A DNA stretch of 64,000 nucleotides from Candidatus Omnitrophota bacterium (GTDB lineage: Bacteria > Omnitrophota > Gorgyraeia > Zapsychrales > Fredricksoniimonadaceae): NCBI GenBank assembly GCA_015233675.1, contig JADFXH010000004.1, positions 8,492 through 72,491 on the forward strand, read 5' to 3'. The translations under genes and the position numbers were made by a program. Below, one piece after another: positions 1-9,318 of the stretch (the stretch's first letter is position 1; every line of letters begins with the position of its first letter). The notes below the pieces were generated by a model. It did not search any database, was not told where the DNA came from, and saw only the letters and a list, made by a program, of their open reading frames with translations.

Positions 1-719
1 ATACCTGAACAACTGCCCGTCCCCTGCAATACCCCAAACCATGTATAAAAATCCTTTTCTTCCTGCTCACGCGGCCGCTCGCCGGTAAGGATACGACACC
101 CTGACAACGCCCTATACCATTTAGGCCCCCATTGAGGGCCGTACGCGCCAACGTAGTCCTTTATATAGTTCTCGCATGATTCCGCAGATCCCCTTAAAGC
201 CAAAAGGGATGCTCCTCCTTCAACCAAATGCTCTTCCTTAGCATTTAAATCCGAAAGTTGGGTCAAGACTGCTTGCCTTGTTAAATGGCTGGGAGATGCT
301 ATTAACGAACAAAACGCTAAGTTTATATGCTCTTGGACTTCTTTTGAGTATTTATCGGCAACCCCCTCAAAACAATCCAGCGGTTTTTTGCTTTTATCTT
401 TCCCGTCACATGCTCCTGCCGCACAAACCCAAGATTTAATCCGCTTCGCATGCCCTAAACAACCCTGATCATCAGCGCACAATGACAAATTGCCAGTCCA
501 GACAACTTCATATTCCTTAAGAGCCAAATGATTAATGAGAATTTTTCTTGACTCCGTCGCTTCGTTAACTACGGCCCCATTTGGATCTGACGCGGGCGTC
601 ATTATCTGTTGTTGTGAATTATTAGCATCCTGCTGGGCTATGGCCATGCTGCCAATGGTGCTGGCAAAGAACAGCCAAACAAAAGCCCTGATGACTGTTA
701 GACAAAATCGAAGGCTCAT
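1..719 (-). CDS. Secreted Cys-rich hypothetical protein. The 3' end runs off the window; it is absent from the ORF track because no stop lies in the window.
   Basis: Own translation of the minus strand. ATG at 719-717 with GGAAGGAG 4 nt upstream. N-terminus MSLRFCLTVIRAFVWLFFASTIGSMAIAQQ looks like a signal peptide. The frame stays open to position 1. Several Cys pairs (CADDQGC, CAAGAC). No family recognised. Confidence 0.55.
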   Translation of the reverse strand, partial: MSLRFCLTVIRAFVWLFFASTIGSMAIAQQDANNSQQQIMTPASDPNGAVVNEATESRKILINHLALKEYEVVWTGNLSLCADDQGCLGHAKRIKSWVCAAGACDGKDKSKKPLDCFEGVADKYSKEVQEHINLAFCSLIASPSHLTRQAVLTQLSDLNAKEEHLVEGGASLLALRGSAESCENYIKDYVGAYGPQWGPKWYRALSGCRILTGERPREQEEKDFYTWFGVLQGTGSCSG

Positions 720-759
720 AATACTCCTTCCCCCTCCCACAAGGGAAATTCCTATATTA

Positions 760-1029
760 TTAATATGACGTGTGCGTCGTGACATTTGTGTGCTGCACAC
801 AATTGGCAGTACCGGAGTTGGCGACCGCATTAGTATGCGTTGCTGTATTTTGACCGGAAGAAATATCAGTCAACGCGCCTGCTATCCCCAATGCGGCAAC
901 GGTTGACAAGCCGACCTTTAAAATGGTCTCCTTGCTGACAAAACCATCCTCATCTTTCATCAACTCGCCCAGAGATTTGGAGAGCGGAACTGTTCTATTA
1001 ACGATCTTATTTTTTATTTTCTTTTTCAT
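760..1029 (-). CDS. Small (89 aa) protein with a prepilin-like G|FVSKE motif or degenerate Tat-like signal and a His/Thr/Asn-rich C-terminus
   Basis: ORF 760..1068. The internal ATG at 1029 has AAGGAG 6 nt upstream, so I prefer that start. Sequence ...MKDEDG FVSKE TILKVGLSTVAALGIAGAL... then THTN/QHTN/THTS repeats. Last gene of the pilus-motor operon. Confidence 0.55.
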   Translation of the reverse strand: MKKKIKNKIVNRTVPLSKSLGELMKDEDGFVSKETILKVGLSTVAALGIAGALTDISSGQNTATHTNAVANSGTANCVQHTNVTTHTSY

Positions 1030-1155
1030 TAGGAGCTCCTTGTGGCCGGCGATGAGAAATTTCCGCACTGATATGTCAAGATCTGCTACAAGCGCAAATT
1101 TCCCTTTTTTGCAGACCTTGGGAATCTTTTTTGGACTTAACCCTTACTACTTAAA

Positions 1156-1184
1156 AGTTTACACTATTACTAAATTATTGGCAA
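1156..1184 (-). promoter_or_regulatory. Putative sigma70-type promoter for the small pilin-like gene
   Basis: Minus strand reads TTGCCA-N17-TAAACT (-35 at 1184..1179, -10 at 1161..1156), about 125 nt upstream of the ATG at 1029. Confidence 0.3.
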
Positions 1185-1204
1185 TAATTTTCAAGAATCC
1201 ACAT

Positions 1205-2191
1205 TCAAGGCATCTGCTTGATCATCAAGTCCAGACGGGATTTACGTTTGTCCAAATCAACCATTTGCGAACGTAATGCATCTAAATCAGCCCTAAGTCC
1301 TGTTCCCTGATGGTTTAAATCATCAAGGCTGCTCTGTAGTTTATCCCCTTCAATATGCTGGCCGACCGTCAGCCGGGAGCTCTGGACCTTCTTGGTCATT
1401 TGTTCCATCAAAACTTTGAGCTGAGAATAATTTTGTTCTGAGAATTTTAACTCTGATTCCAACTGACGCAGTTGGGCATCGTCCCATTGATCGGCATCTG
1501 CTGAAGGCTTTTCGGATGGGTAACGGGCTATCTCAATTTCCAGGCCCTTGATCTGTTCTTTTAAAAGCTGTTGGTGGGCCAAAGCGCCGGCCGCCGGCAG
1601 CAAAGGTGTGTTTTTATGAAATTCCAGGATAGATTTATGCAGGGCCTCTTGCCTCTGCTGGCTGTCATAAATCATTTTCATCAACATTAATTTTTCTTTT
1701 TGGCGATGGGTCCCGGCTTGGGATTCCGGGGATTGGACATCGGACAGCGGCAAATTTTGCATGCCTTTTAGCTGCAAAAGCAGTTTTTGTTCTTGCTGGT
1801 ATCTCGCCTCCAAAGATTGTTGGATCAATTTGATGCTGTCTTCAATTTTTTGACTACGATTGTCCCAATAAAGGTTCTTTTCTTCTAAATTTGCGATCTG
1901 CCGGGCACGCCCGGGGTTTTGATCCTTCAACCTGTTTAATTCCTTATTAAAAAGGTCCCCTTGGGCCTCCAGACGCCCCAACTGCATCTGTAACTGCAAA
2001 ACCTGCTGTTTCATAGCATTGTTACGCACAACTAATCGATCATTATCTACGCTCAGTTTTCCTACACTCTGTTTTAAATTAGACAATACGGACTGCAAAG
2101 AAGAGGTTGCTGTCTGGACATTATCCTCTTGCGCCCGGCCGCAACAAGAAAAAAATACCATCCCTAAAATAACAGCAAAAAATAAACGCAT
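1205..2191 (-). CDS. Coiled-coil protein with lipoprotein-like signal peptide
   Basis: N-terminus MRLFFAVILGMVFFSCCG (hydrophobic signal followed by Cys). The rest is Q/L/E/K-rich heptad-like sequence. GAAGGA RBS upstream. Immediately downstream of pilC. Confidence 0.7.
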   Translation of the reverse strand: MRLFFAVILGMVFFSCCGRAQEDNVQTATSSLQSVLSNLKQSVGKLSVDNDRLVVRNNAMKQQVLQLQMQLGRLEAQGDLFNKELNRLKDQNPGRARQIANLEEKNLYWDNRSQKIEDSIKLIQQSLEARYQQEQKLLLQLKGMQNLPLSDVQSPESQAGTHRQKEKLMLMKMIYDSQQRQEALHKSILEFHKNTPLLPAAGALAHQQLLKEQIKGLEIEIARYPSEKPSADADQWDDAQLRQLESELKFSEQNYSQLKVLMEQMTKKVQSSRLTVGQHIEGDKLQSSLDDLNHQGTGLRADLDALRSQMVDLDKRKSRLDLMIKQMP

Positions 2192-2205
2192 ATATTTTCA
2201 TCCTT

Positions 2206-3423
2206 CTATTTTATAGCTGATGTCATACTTAAAATAGGCATGAACAAAGCAACGACAATAAATCCTACCACTATCCCTAAAAATCCGATGATCAAAGGCT
2301 CTATCAGCTTAGTCAGGCCTTCGACTGCCGTATCCACCTGTTCATCATAGAATTCAGCCACTTTGGATAACATTTTTTCTAATTGCCCGGACTTCTCACC
2401 GACAGAGATCATACGGGTAACCATCAGCGGGAAAATAGAGCTTTTAGACAACGGCTCGGCAATGCTATTGCCCTCCTTGACGCTGACCTTGATTTCGTCG
2501 ACTAAAATTTCAATAACCCTGTTACCGCAGGTCTTGCCAACAATATCCAAAGATTCCAAAATAGGCACACCGCTTTGACTTAAAGTGGCGAAGGTCCGGC
2601 AAAAACGGCTGACCGAAACCTTGCAAATCAAATCTCCGAATACCGGCATCTTTAAAAGCATGGTATCCACTTGAATATGGCCGGCGGGAGTCTTTTTATA
2701 CTTGTTAAAAAGAAATACGGCAACAAAACCACCAGCGATCAAGAACGGAAGATCGTGCTGGAGTAAATTACTGAAATCGATCAACATCTGAGTCATGACC
2801 GGCAATTTTTGTCCCAGGGACGCATAAATCTGGGAAAAGGTAGGAACCACCTTGACGAGCAACCCCACGGTGATCAACATCGCCATGCTCACAACTACCG
2901 CCGGATAGATCATTGCTCCCTTTACTTTTTGACGGAGCCGTTCGCTTTTTTCCAAATAGATAGCCACCCGCTCAAGGATTGTGGTGAGAATTCCGCCGCT
3001 TTCCCCAACCCGGATCATATTCACATATAACTGATCAAAAATTTTAGGATGCTTGGCAAAAGAACCGGAAAGGCTGCCGCCTGTCTGTATGTCTTCACGA
3101 ATAGTAACAAGTGCCGCTTTAAAAGTCGGATTAGCGGTTTGTTCGCTCAACGCTTCCAAAGATTGCAAAATGGGTATCCCCGCATCCACCATGGTGGCAA
3201 ACTGGCGGGTAAAAATAACCAGGTCTTCCGGCTTAATTCTTTTCCCGCCTCGAGGCTTAGAGACGTTTTTTTTAAAAGCAGATTCCTTTTCTTCCGCAAC
3301 GCTTAAGATCATCAAATTGCGTTTACGCAACTCGGCTACGATCGCTGATTCATTTTCTGCAGAAATCCGCCCGACGACGTTTTTCCCCTCCTGGTCACGG
3401 GCAGTGTATTTATACGTAGGCAT
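2206..3423 (-). CDS. pilC: Type IV pilus / T2SS platform protein (GspF/PilC family)
   Basis: 405 aa with two T2SSF-type repeats (…GESGGILTTILERVA… and …GEKSGQLEKMLSKVAEFY…) and three hydrophobic segments. Adjacent to GspE-type ATPases. Confidence 0.9.
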   Translation of the reverse strand: MPTYKYTARDQEGKNVVGRISAENESAIVAELRKRNLMILSVAEEKESAFKKNVSKPRGGKRIKPEDLVIFTRQFATMVDAGIPILQSLEALSEQTANPTFKAALVTIREDIQTGGSLSGSFAKHPKIFDQLYVNMIRVGESGGILTTILERVAIYLEKSERLRQKVKGAMIYPAVVVSMAMLITVGLLVKVVPTFSQIYASLGQKLPVMTQMLIDFSNLLQHDLPFLIAGGFVAVFLFNKYKKTPAGHIQVDTMLLKMPVFGDLICKVSVSRFCRTFATLSQSGVPILESLDIVGKTCGNRVIEILVDEIKVSVKEGNSIAEPLSKSSIFPLMVTRMISVGEKSGQLEKMLSKVAEFYDEQVDTAVEGLTKLIEPLIIGFLGIVVGFIVVALFMPILSMTSAIK

Positions 3424-3502
3424 AATTTATATTCCTGTTATAGATTCCCGCTTTCGCGGGAATGACAAACAATTGTGAATGTTCGGCTTAAGGATCAAAA
3501 TG

Positions 3503-3931
3503 CTAATAATTGCGCGCAATGGCTTCTTCGATTTCGGCTTTAGTAGAAATAAAAGTAGCAATACGGCATTTAGTCAACATTTCCAAATAATTTTTCTTGT
3601 CATCAGACAAAGGATTAACCATAACAACACTTAAAACTTCGCCAATGCAATCTAAGGCAATCACTCTTTCTTTTTGAGCTACCTCTTTAGGAATTAAACG
3701 AACAATCTGCGGGTCAATGGCATATTTATTGACAGCGATATATGGCAGACCGCACTGCACAACTAGCGCCACCACAACGTCCCGTTCATCAAGGAGGCCC
3801 AAATTTACAAGAATTTCACCAATAAATCCTCCATTGCCCTTCTGTATCTGCAGGGCAGATTCTAATTGCTGACGAGTGATCCTTTTACGTTGAATCAAAA
3901 TTTCTCCCAACAACGTTTTATAAGCGTCCAT
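3503..3931 (-). CDS. Standalone GspE-N / MshEN-type domain protein
   Basis: 142 aa. Contains LLGEILIQRKRITRQQLESALQIQ-KGNGG-FIGEILVNLGLLDERDVVVALVVQ, i.e. two 24-residue MshEN-like motifs with a 5-residue spacer. No ATPase domain. Confidence 0.8.
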   Translation of the reverse strand: MDAYKTLLGEILIQRKRITRQQLESALQIQKGNGGFIGEILVNLGLLDERDVVVALVVQCGLPYIAVNKYAIDPQIVRLIPKEVAQKERVIALDCIGEVLSVVMVNPLSDDKKNYLEMLTKCRIATFISTKAEIEEAIARNY

Positions 3932-3951
3932 ACAGCCCCCACCTATTTATA

Positions 3952-5676
3952 TTACTCATCTTCAGATGCCACGCGAAAAACTTCTGTCAAAGTCGTTTCG
4001 CCCGCACACATTTTATCAACAACATCATCAAAAAGCAATTTCATCCCCTGATTTCCCTGGGCATAACGAGTTATATCCATGGATGTTTTTTTCTTTAAAA
4101 GCATCTCACGAATGTTATCATCGATTTGCAAGACTTCTGTAACCCCTACACGGCCTTTATAGCCGGTACCACGACAATGTTCACAGCCCTTGCCTTCATA
4201 TAAAACAGTATCAGATTTAATTCGATGCTGAATCTTTTTCAAAATTTCCGGAGTTAAATCCACCGGCTTTTTACAAGAATCACAAATACGGCGGCACAAC
4301 CGTTGGGCGCAGACTAAAACTAAACTGGAGGCCACTAAAAAAGGCTCTAAGCCCATATCTACCAAACGAGTCACGGCACCAGCCGCGCTGTTAGTATGCA
4401 AAGTCGAAAGGACCAGCTGTCCCGTGAGAGATGCTTTGATCGCAATGTCTGCCGTCTCAGCATCCCGAATTTCACCCACCATCACCACATCCGGTGACTG
4501 ACGCAAAACTGCGCGCAGCCCGGTGGCAAAATCGAGCCCTATGTCCGGCCTGACTTCAATTTGAGTCAGGCCATCCACTAAATATTCTACCGGCTCTTCA
4601 ATGGTAATTATATTTCTATCCGATGTATTTAATTTGCTGATCAGTGAGTACAGAGTCGTCGATTTCCCGCTGCCGGTAGGTCCGGTCACAAGGATCATCC
4701 CATATGGCTTATAAATAGACTCTTCTAAGACACTCCTGGCATTTTTTGAGAACCCTAATTTAGACAGCCCCACTGAAAGATTATTTTTATCCAGCACGCG
4801 CATGACTATTTTCTGGCCAAAGGTTGTGGGCAGCAAAGATACACGAAAATCCACTTCCTGCTGTCCCACCTTCATTTTAAAGCGACCGTCCTGGGGGGTT
4901 TGGGTATTGGTGATATCCAGATTCGCCATGAGCTTAACCCGCACTCCCACCGCATTTTTACTTTCCTTGGGGATAGTTAATATGTCCTGCAATATACCGT
5001 CAATACGAAAACGGACACGCATCCCCTGTTCCAGAGGTTCTATGTGAATGTCTGATGCCCTTTGATGCAGAGCTTCCTTGATGACCAGATTAACGATGCG
5101 AATGACCGGCGCTTCATCATCGACTGATATCCCCCCTTGTTCTTGCAAAACGTCTTGTTTGCTGTCCTTTTTCTGCAGTATTTCGAAATCCTTGGATTCA
5201 GTGCTCTGGGCCTCTTCAGCCATTCTCGCAGAGGATGATTCATACAGCCGGCCAATACTGTGCAATATCTGACTTTCAGAAGCGATCACGATCTCAATTT
5301 CCTTGCCTGTCACATTACGCAAGTCATCCAGAGCAAATACATTTAACGGGTCAGCGATTGCCACTGTCAGCGTTGTCCCCAGCAACGAAAGAGGCATCGC
5401 CAGATACTGACGCGCAGTCTTCTCCGTTAGAATATCTTTAAGACGGCCATCGAAGCGGTATTTAGTCAGGTCAATGGAAGGTATATGAAGTTCCCTCATC
5501 AAGAGAGCAATCAAATCCTGTTCAGGGATAATCCCCTGTTTAACCAATGCTTTGACTAAACTGATATTTTTATCCTGCTGGGCTTCTATCAACGCATCAA
5601 CATCTGCCGGATTGATATTAGGCAGTTCTTTGAGAGTTCTTAAAATCCGTTCTTGAGTCGTGTCCATGAGCTCCAT
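3952..5676 (-). CDS. pilB: GspE/PilB-family secretion ATPase (copy 1)
   Basis: Walker A GPTGSGKST, Walker B/Asp box DVVMVGEIRD, His box GQLVLSTLHTN, tetracysteine CDSC…CEHC. N-terminal GspE-N domain present. Confidence 0.9.
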   Translation of the reverse strand: MELMDTTQERILRTLKELPNINPADVDALIEAQQDKNISLVKALVKQGIIPEQDLIALLMRELHIPSIDLTKYRFDGRLKDILTEKTARQYLAMPLSLLGTTLTVAIADPLNVFALDDLRNVTGKEIEIVIASESQILHSIGRLYESSSARMAEEAQSTESKDFEILQKKDSKQDVLQEQGGISVDDEAPVIRIVNLVIKEALHQRASDIHIEPLEQGMRVRFRIDGILQDILTIPKESKNAVGVRVKLMANLDITNTQTPQDGRFKMKVGQQEVDFRVSLLPTTFGQKIVMRVLDKNNLSVGLSKLGFSKNARSVLEESIYKPYGMILVTGPTGSGKSTTLYSLISKLNTSDRNIITIEEPVEYLVDGLTQIEVRPDIGLDFATGLRAVLRQSPDVVMVGEIRDAETADIAIKASLTGQLVLSTLHTNSAAGAVTRLVDMGLEPFLVASSLVLVCAQRLCRRICDSCKKPVDLTPEILKKIQHRIKSDTVLYEGKGCEHCRGTGYKGRVGVTEVLQIDDNIREMLLKKKTSMDITRYAQGNQGMKLLFDDVVDKMCAGETTLTEVFRVASEDE

Positions 5677-5743
5677 CCTACAACACTCTTTTCGTTTCTT
5701 TCGTCATTGGTTCAGAATAGCCCCCAACGAAGTCTAATAAGCA

Positions 5744-7465
5744 TTAGTCGGGTGCCGTCAATCGGATTACTTCTTCTAAAGTCGTCAACCCCAAAGAGGC
5801 CTTGATGACAGCGTCTTCCCGCATCGTTTTCATGCCTTGAGCGCGCGCCTCATTTTTAATTTCAGCCTCTGAACTCGAAATTAAAATCAACTCTTTAACT
5901 TTATTGGTCAGCATTAACGTTTCGGTGATCCCCACCCTTCCCTTATAACCCGTATTCAAACATTTATCGCACCCTTTGGGCCTGTAAAACTGCCCATTAT
6001 GATTCGGCAACAATTCTTTAAGATGAAATTCTTTAACGATCTCATTTCCAGCCGTGTAAGGCTCACGGCAATTCTGACATACCCGGCGTACCAGACGCTG
6101 GGCAACAATAGCGATCACCGAAGATGTGATCAAAAACGGTTCAATGCCCATATTGATCATACGGGTGATGGACCCTGGCCCCGTCGTAGTATGCAGGGAA
6201 GAAACCACCAGATGGCCGGTCAAAGCTGCCTTGACCGCGATATCCAGGGTTTCCGAATCCCGGATCTCACCGATGAGGATCACATCAGGGTCTTGACGCA
6301 AAATGGAACGCAAAGCCGCCGGAAAAGATAAACCGAATTCAGTGCGGATATTAACCTGATTAAACCCTTTCATTTGAAATTCCACAGGGTCTTCCACGGT
6401 CACAATATTTCTTCCGGGGGAATCAATATATTTAAGGATCGCATACAAGGTCGTGGTCTTACCGCTGCCGGTAGGCCCGCAGGCCAAAATCATGCCGTGA
6501 GGCTTATGACAGCACTCTTTTAATCTCTCCAGGGAGTCACTTTCAAAGCCCAGCTTATCAATATCCGCCATGTCCTGATTCTTATCCAAAACGCGTAAAA
6601 CAATTTTTTCACCCATAGCGGTAGGCAGCACATTAACCCGGAAATCCACCTCTTTCTTCCCTTTACTGGTCACAATTCGAAACCTCCCGTCTTGTGGAAG
6701 ACGGTGTTCGGCAATATCCAGGTTTGAAATGACTTTAATGCAAGAAATCAAAGGGAAATGCAGGCTCTTGGACATGCGGTCGATTTCCCTGATAAACCCG
6801 TCAACTCGATATCGAATACGCAGGCAATTTTCCATGGGCTCAATAAAAACATCACTGGCCTTTGCCTCTACCGCCTGATGGATAATCTTATTTGTCAACG
6901 TGATGATCGGAGCTTCCGCGCTGATATTTTCAACGGCTCTCTTATCAGGATGAGAATGATCTTTGATTAATTCAAGGCCCTGCGCCTCCTCTTTAATGTC
7001 CTGAAAAATTTCCTCAAGATCCGAAGAGTTATTATCCGCATAACTTCGCTCAAGAGCAGCACGCATCTCTTTAGGCCTGGCCAAAACAACGCTCACCGAC
7101 ATGGAAGTCATGGCCTTGACGTTATCAATGGTCAACATATCCATAGGATCAACCATGGCAATGGTCAACTGATCGTTGAGCCTGGAAATGGGAATCAATA
7201 ATGATTTCTTAGCTGTTTCCTTAGGGATCAATTTTAAAAGAGAGGGGTCGATCCTAAATAAATTCAAGTTGATCAAGGGTAATTGCAATGCTTCACTTAA
7301 GACGACGCTTAACTCATCCTCGGCGATTAATTTAAGCCTGAGAAGTATACGGCTTAATTCCCCTCCGGATCTTTCTTGTTCTTCAATGGCTCTATTGAGA
7401 TCTTCGGGGGCTACGATATGGTCACGCAAAAGAATTTCTTTGAGAGTATCTTGTGTGGGCAACAT
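5744..7465 (-). CDS. pilB: GspE/PilB-family secretion ATPase (copy 2)
   Basis: Walker A GPTGSGKTT, DVILIGEIRD, GHLVVSSLHTT, CQNC…CDKC. N-terminal GspE-N domain present. Confidence 0.9.
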   Translation of the reverse strand: MLPTQDTLKEILLRDHIVAPEDLNRAIEEQERSGGELSRILLRLKLIAEDELSVVLSEALQLPLINLNLFRIDPSLLKLIPKETAKKSLLIPISRLNDQLTIAMVDPMDMLTIDNVKAMTSMSVSVVLARPKEMRAALERSYADNNSSDLEEIFQDIKEEAQGLELIKDHSHPDKRAVENISAEAPIITLTNKIIHQAVEAKASDVFIEPMENCLRIRYRVDGFIREIDRMSKSLHFPLISCIKVISNLDIAEHRLPQDGRFRIVTSKGKKEVDFRVNVLPTAMGEKIVLRVLDKNQDMADIDKLGFESDSLERLKECCHKPHGMILACGPTGSGKTTTLYAILKYIDSPGRNIVTVEDPVEFQMKGFNQVNIRTEFGLSFPAALRSILRQDPDVILIGEIRDSETLDIAVKAALTGHLVVSSLHTTTGPGSITRMINMGIEPFLITSSVIAIVAQRLVRRVCQNCREPYTAGNEIVKEFHLKELLPNHNGQFYRPKGCDKCLNTGYKGRVGITETLMLTNKVKELILISSSEAEIKNEARAQGMKTMREDAVIKASLGLTTLEEVIRLTAPD

Positions 7466-7983
7466 CAGCGCGTTTCGTAATAACGATTGATGGCACTATT
7501 AATTTCCGTCGCAGTACTGACAAATGCCTGGACTGAACAGCTGGTAGACTTCTCAACATCTTCCAAAGCCTGGACATTTAAAGGGTTGGACATGGCTAAG
7601 GTCAGACTACGTCCGATTTTATCAATAGGAACCAGGCAGTAAAGCTTACATAAATTCAGAGGAACGGCCGCTACGACTTCGGGAGCAATTTCATAATTAG
7701 CCAATGGCAGATAGGGAAACCCGTATTGGCAAGTCAAGGCCTGCACCACATCCTCCTCGGTTCCCAATTTCATCTGAACTAACGCCTCACCAAACAGAAT
7801 GCCTTTTTCTTTTTGGTAAACCAAAATCGTTTCCATTTGAGCACGTGAAATAACACCGCGTTCAAGTAAAATTTCACCCAATTGCTTATTAACTGTTTTA
7901 TGAAACTGTCTCATGCCTTTACTATACCGATTACATAATAAATTGTCCAGCCCTGCGTTAAATCTTTGCTTTAAGCCTTCCAT
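7465..7983 (-). CDS. Standalone GspE-N / MshEN-type domain protein
   Basis: 172 aa. QLGEILLERGVISRAQMETILVYQ-KEKGI-LFGEALVQMKLGTEEDVVQALTCQ matches the tandem MshEN motif. Its stop overlaps the downstream ATPase start by 1 nt. Confidence 0.8.
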   Translation of the reverse strand: MEGLKQRFNAGLDNLLCNRYSKGMRQFHKTVNKQLGEILLERGVISRAQMETILVYQKEKGILFGEALVQMKLGTEEDVVQALTCQYGFPYLPLANYEIAPEVVAAVPLNLCKLYCLVPIDKIGRSLTLAMSNPLNVQALEDVEKSTSCSVQAFVSTATEINSAINRYYETR

Positions 7984-8042
7984 CTCACTGGAAATTACCC
8001 CTTACGCTCAGTCGAATGGGACAGGCAAATCTTATCTAACCA

Positions 8043-9155
8043 TTAAAAAATAGTCCGTTTTTTACTCAAATTCAATAAAAAACCTATCAATATGGCAAAA
8101 ACCATAAAAGAAGTTCGGCCATAACTGATTAACGGCAAGGTAATTCCCACCACCGGTAAAAGCCCCATGACCATGCCGATATTGATCACCACCTGCATGG
8201 CTAAAATACTGACGATGCCAACGGCAACCAGCTGCCCGAAAGGATCTTTGTTGTACCGGGCGATCTCAAAACCACAATAAATGATGACACCGTAACAATA
8301 GACTAAAATAATCCCCCCCAAAAGCCCCCACTCCTCGCCAATGACGGAAAAAATAAAATCCGTGTGTCTCTCCGGTAAGAAATTTAATTGATTCTGTGTT
8401 CCGGCAAGCCAGCCTTTTCCTAAAAGTTCACCGGAGCCAACGGCAATCTTTGATTGTGTAATGGTATAACCCGCGCCCAAAGGGTCACGGCCGGGATCAA
8501 GAAAAACTAACAACCGGTCTTTTTGATATGACTTTAAAATATGCCAAGCCAATGGCATCAGCAAAGCCATCAACCCCAGCAATCCCCAAAAATACCTGAG
8601 CGCTACCCCGCTGGCATAAAGCATGACCAAAAAAATGCCCATCACTAAAATAGCGGTCCCTAAATCCGGCTGTTTAAAAATAAGGGCCATTGAAATACCT
8701 ATCAATATCAACGGCCAAATCAAATCACCCCAAAACTCACGTAAAGAACTGGAAAAATCAAAAGACAGCTTCGGCCTGCGCTGAGAAAAATAACGGCCTA
8801 AAAAAAAGATGATAGCAAGCTTGCTAAACTCAGAAGGCTGAAAGCTAAAACCGGCGACTGAGAACCAACGAGTGGCCCCCAGAGCTTGACGCCCCATCAC
8901 CAATACCAGAATCAGGAAAACCACACTGACGCCGTAAACAATATACGCCACATCAAAAAATTTACGATAATCCCCTTGTGCCAATAAAAACATCAGTAAA
9001 ATCCCCAACACAGCACAAAAAAGCTGATCGTAAAATACAGAAACCCCCACCACATTATTATTAAAGGAAGCACTATAAAGAGCAAGAAGTCCTATTATTA
9101 TTATTAAAATGGTGTGGATCCAAATGATCCTGGGAATATGCCGCGCGGAAATCAT
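8043..9155 (-). CDS. rodA: SEDS-family peptidoglycan polymerase (RodA/FtsW)
   Basis: 370 aa polytopic membrane protein with SEDS blocks RWFSVAGFSFQPSEFSKL and PERHTDFIFSVIGEEWG. Confidence 0.8.
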   Translation of the reverse strand: MISARHIPRIIWIHTILIIIIGLLALYSASFNNNVVGVSVFYDQLFCAVLGILLMFLLAQGDYRKFFDVAYIVYGVSVVFLILVLVMGRQALGATRWFSVAGFSFQPSEFSKLAIIFFLGRYFSQRRPKLSFDFSSSLREFWGDLIWPLILIGISMALIFKQPDLGTAILVMGIFLVMLYASGVALRYFWGLLGLMALLMPLAWHILKSYQKDRLLVFLDPGRDPLGAGYTITQSKIAVGSGELLGKGWLAGTQNQLNFLPERHTDFIFSVIGEEWGLLGGIILVYCYGVIIYCGFEIARYNKDPFGQLVAVGIVSILAMQVVINIGMVMGLLPVVGITLPLISYGRTSFMVFAILIGFLLNLSKKRTIF

Positions 9156-9318
9156 AAATGAACACCTTATCGCTATTTCTCTCGTCCTGTAACTTTTTTA
9201 AGCTCTATTAAAAATCAGGGAGGCACAGGGCATCCTAATTAGATAGTTCTACAAATTCCGTTGATTAATAATCAAAATATGTTATCATATTCATCAACTT
9301 AACGCCCCGGCAGCTTTT

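Noticed and set aside
535-768. Plus-strand 77-aa ORF from the track
   Set aside because: A longer minus-strand ORF with a strong RBS and signal peptide (1..719) covers it. The plus-strand product is low-complexity and has no RBS.
3444-3463. attcccgctttcgcgggaat hairpin between the MshEN gene and pilC as a terminator
   Set aside because: It is an 8-bp stem without a downstream T-tract, inside a tightly packed operon. It is probably a minor structural element or a common short palindrome, not a terminator.
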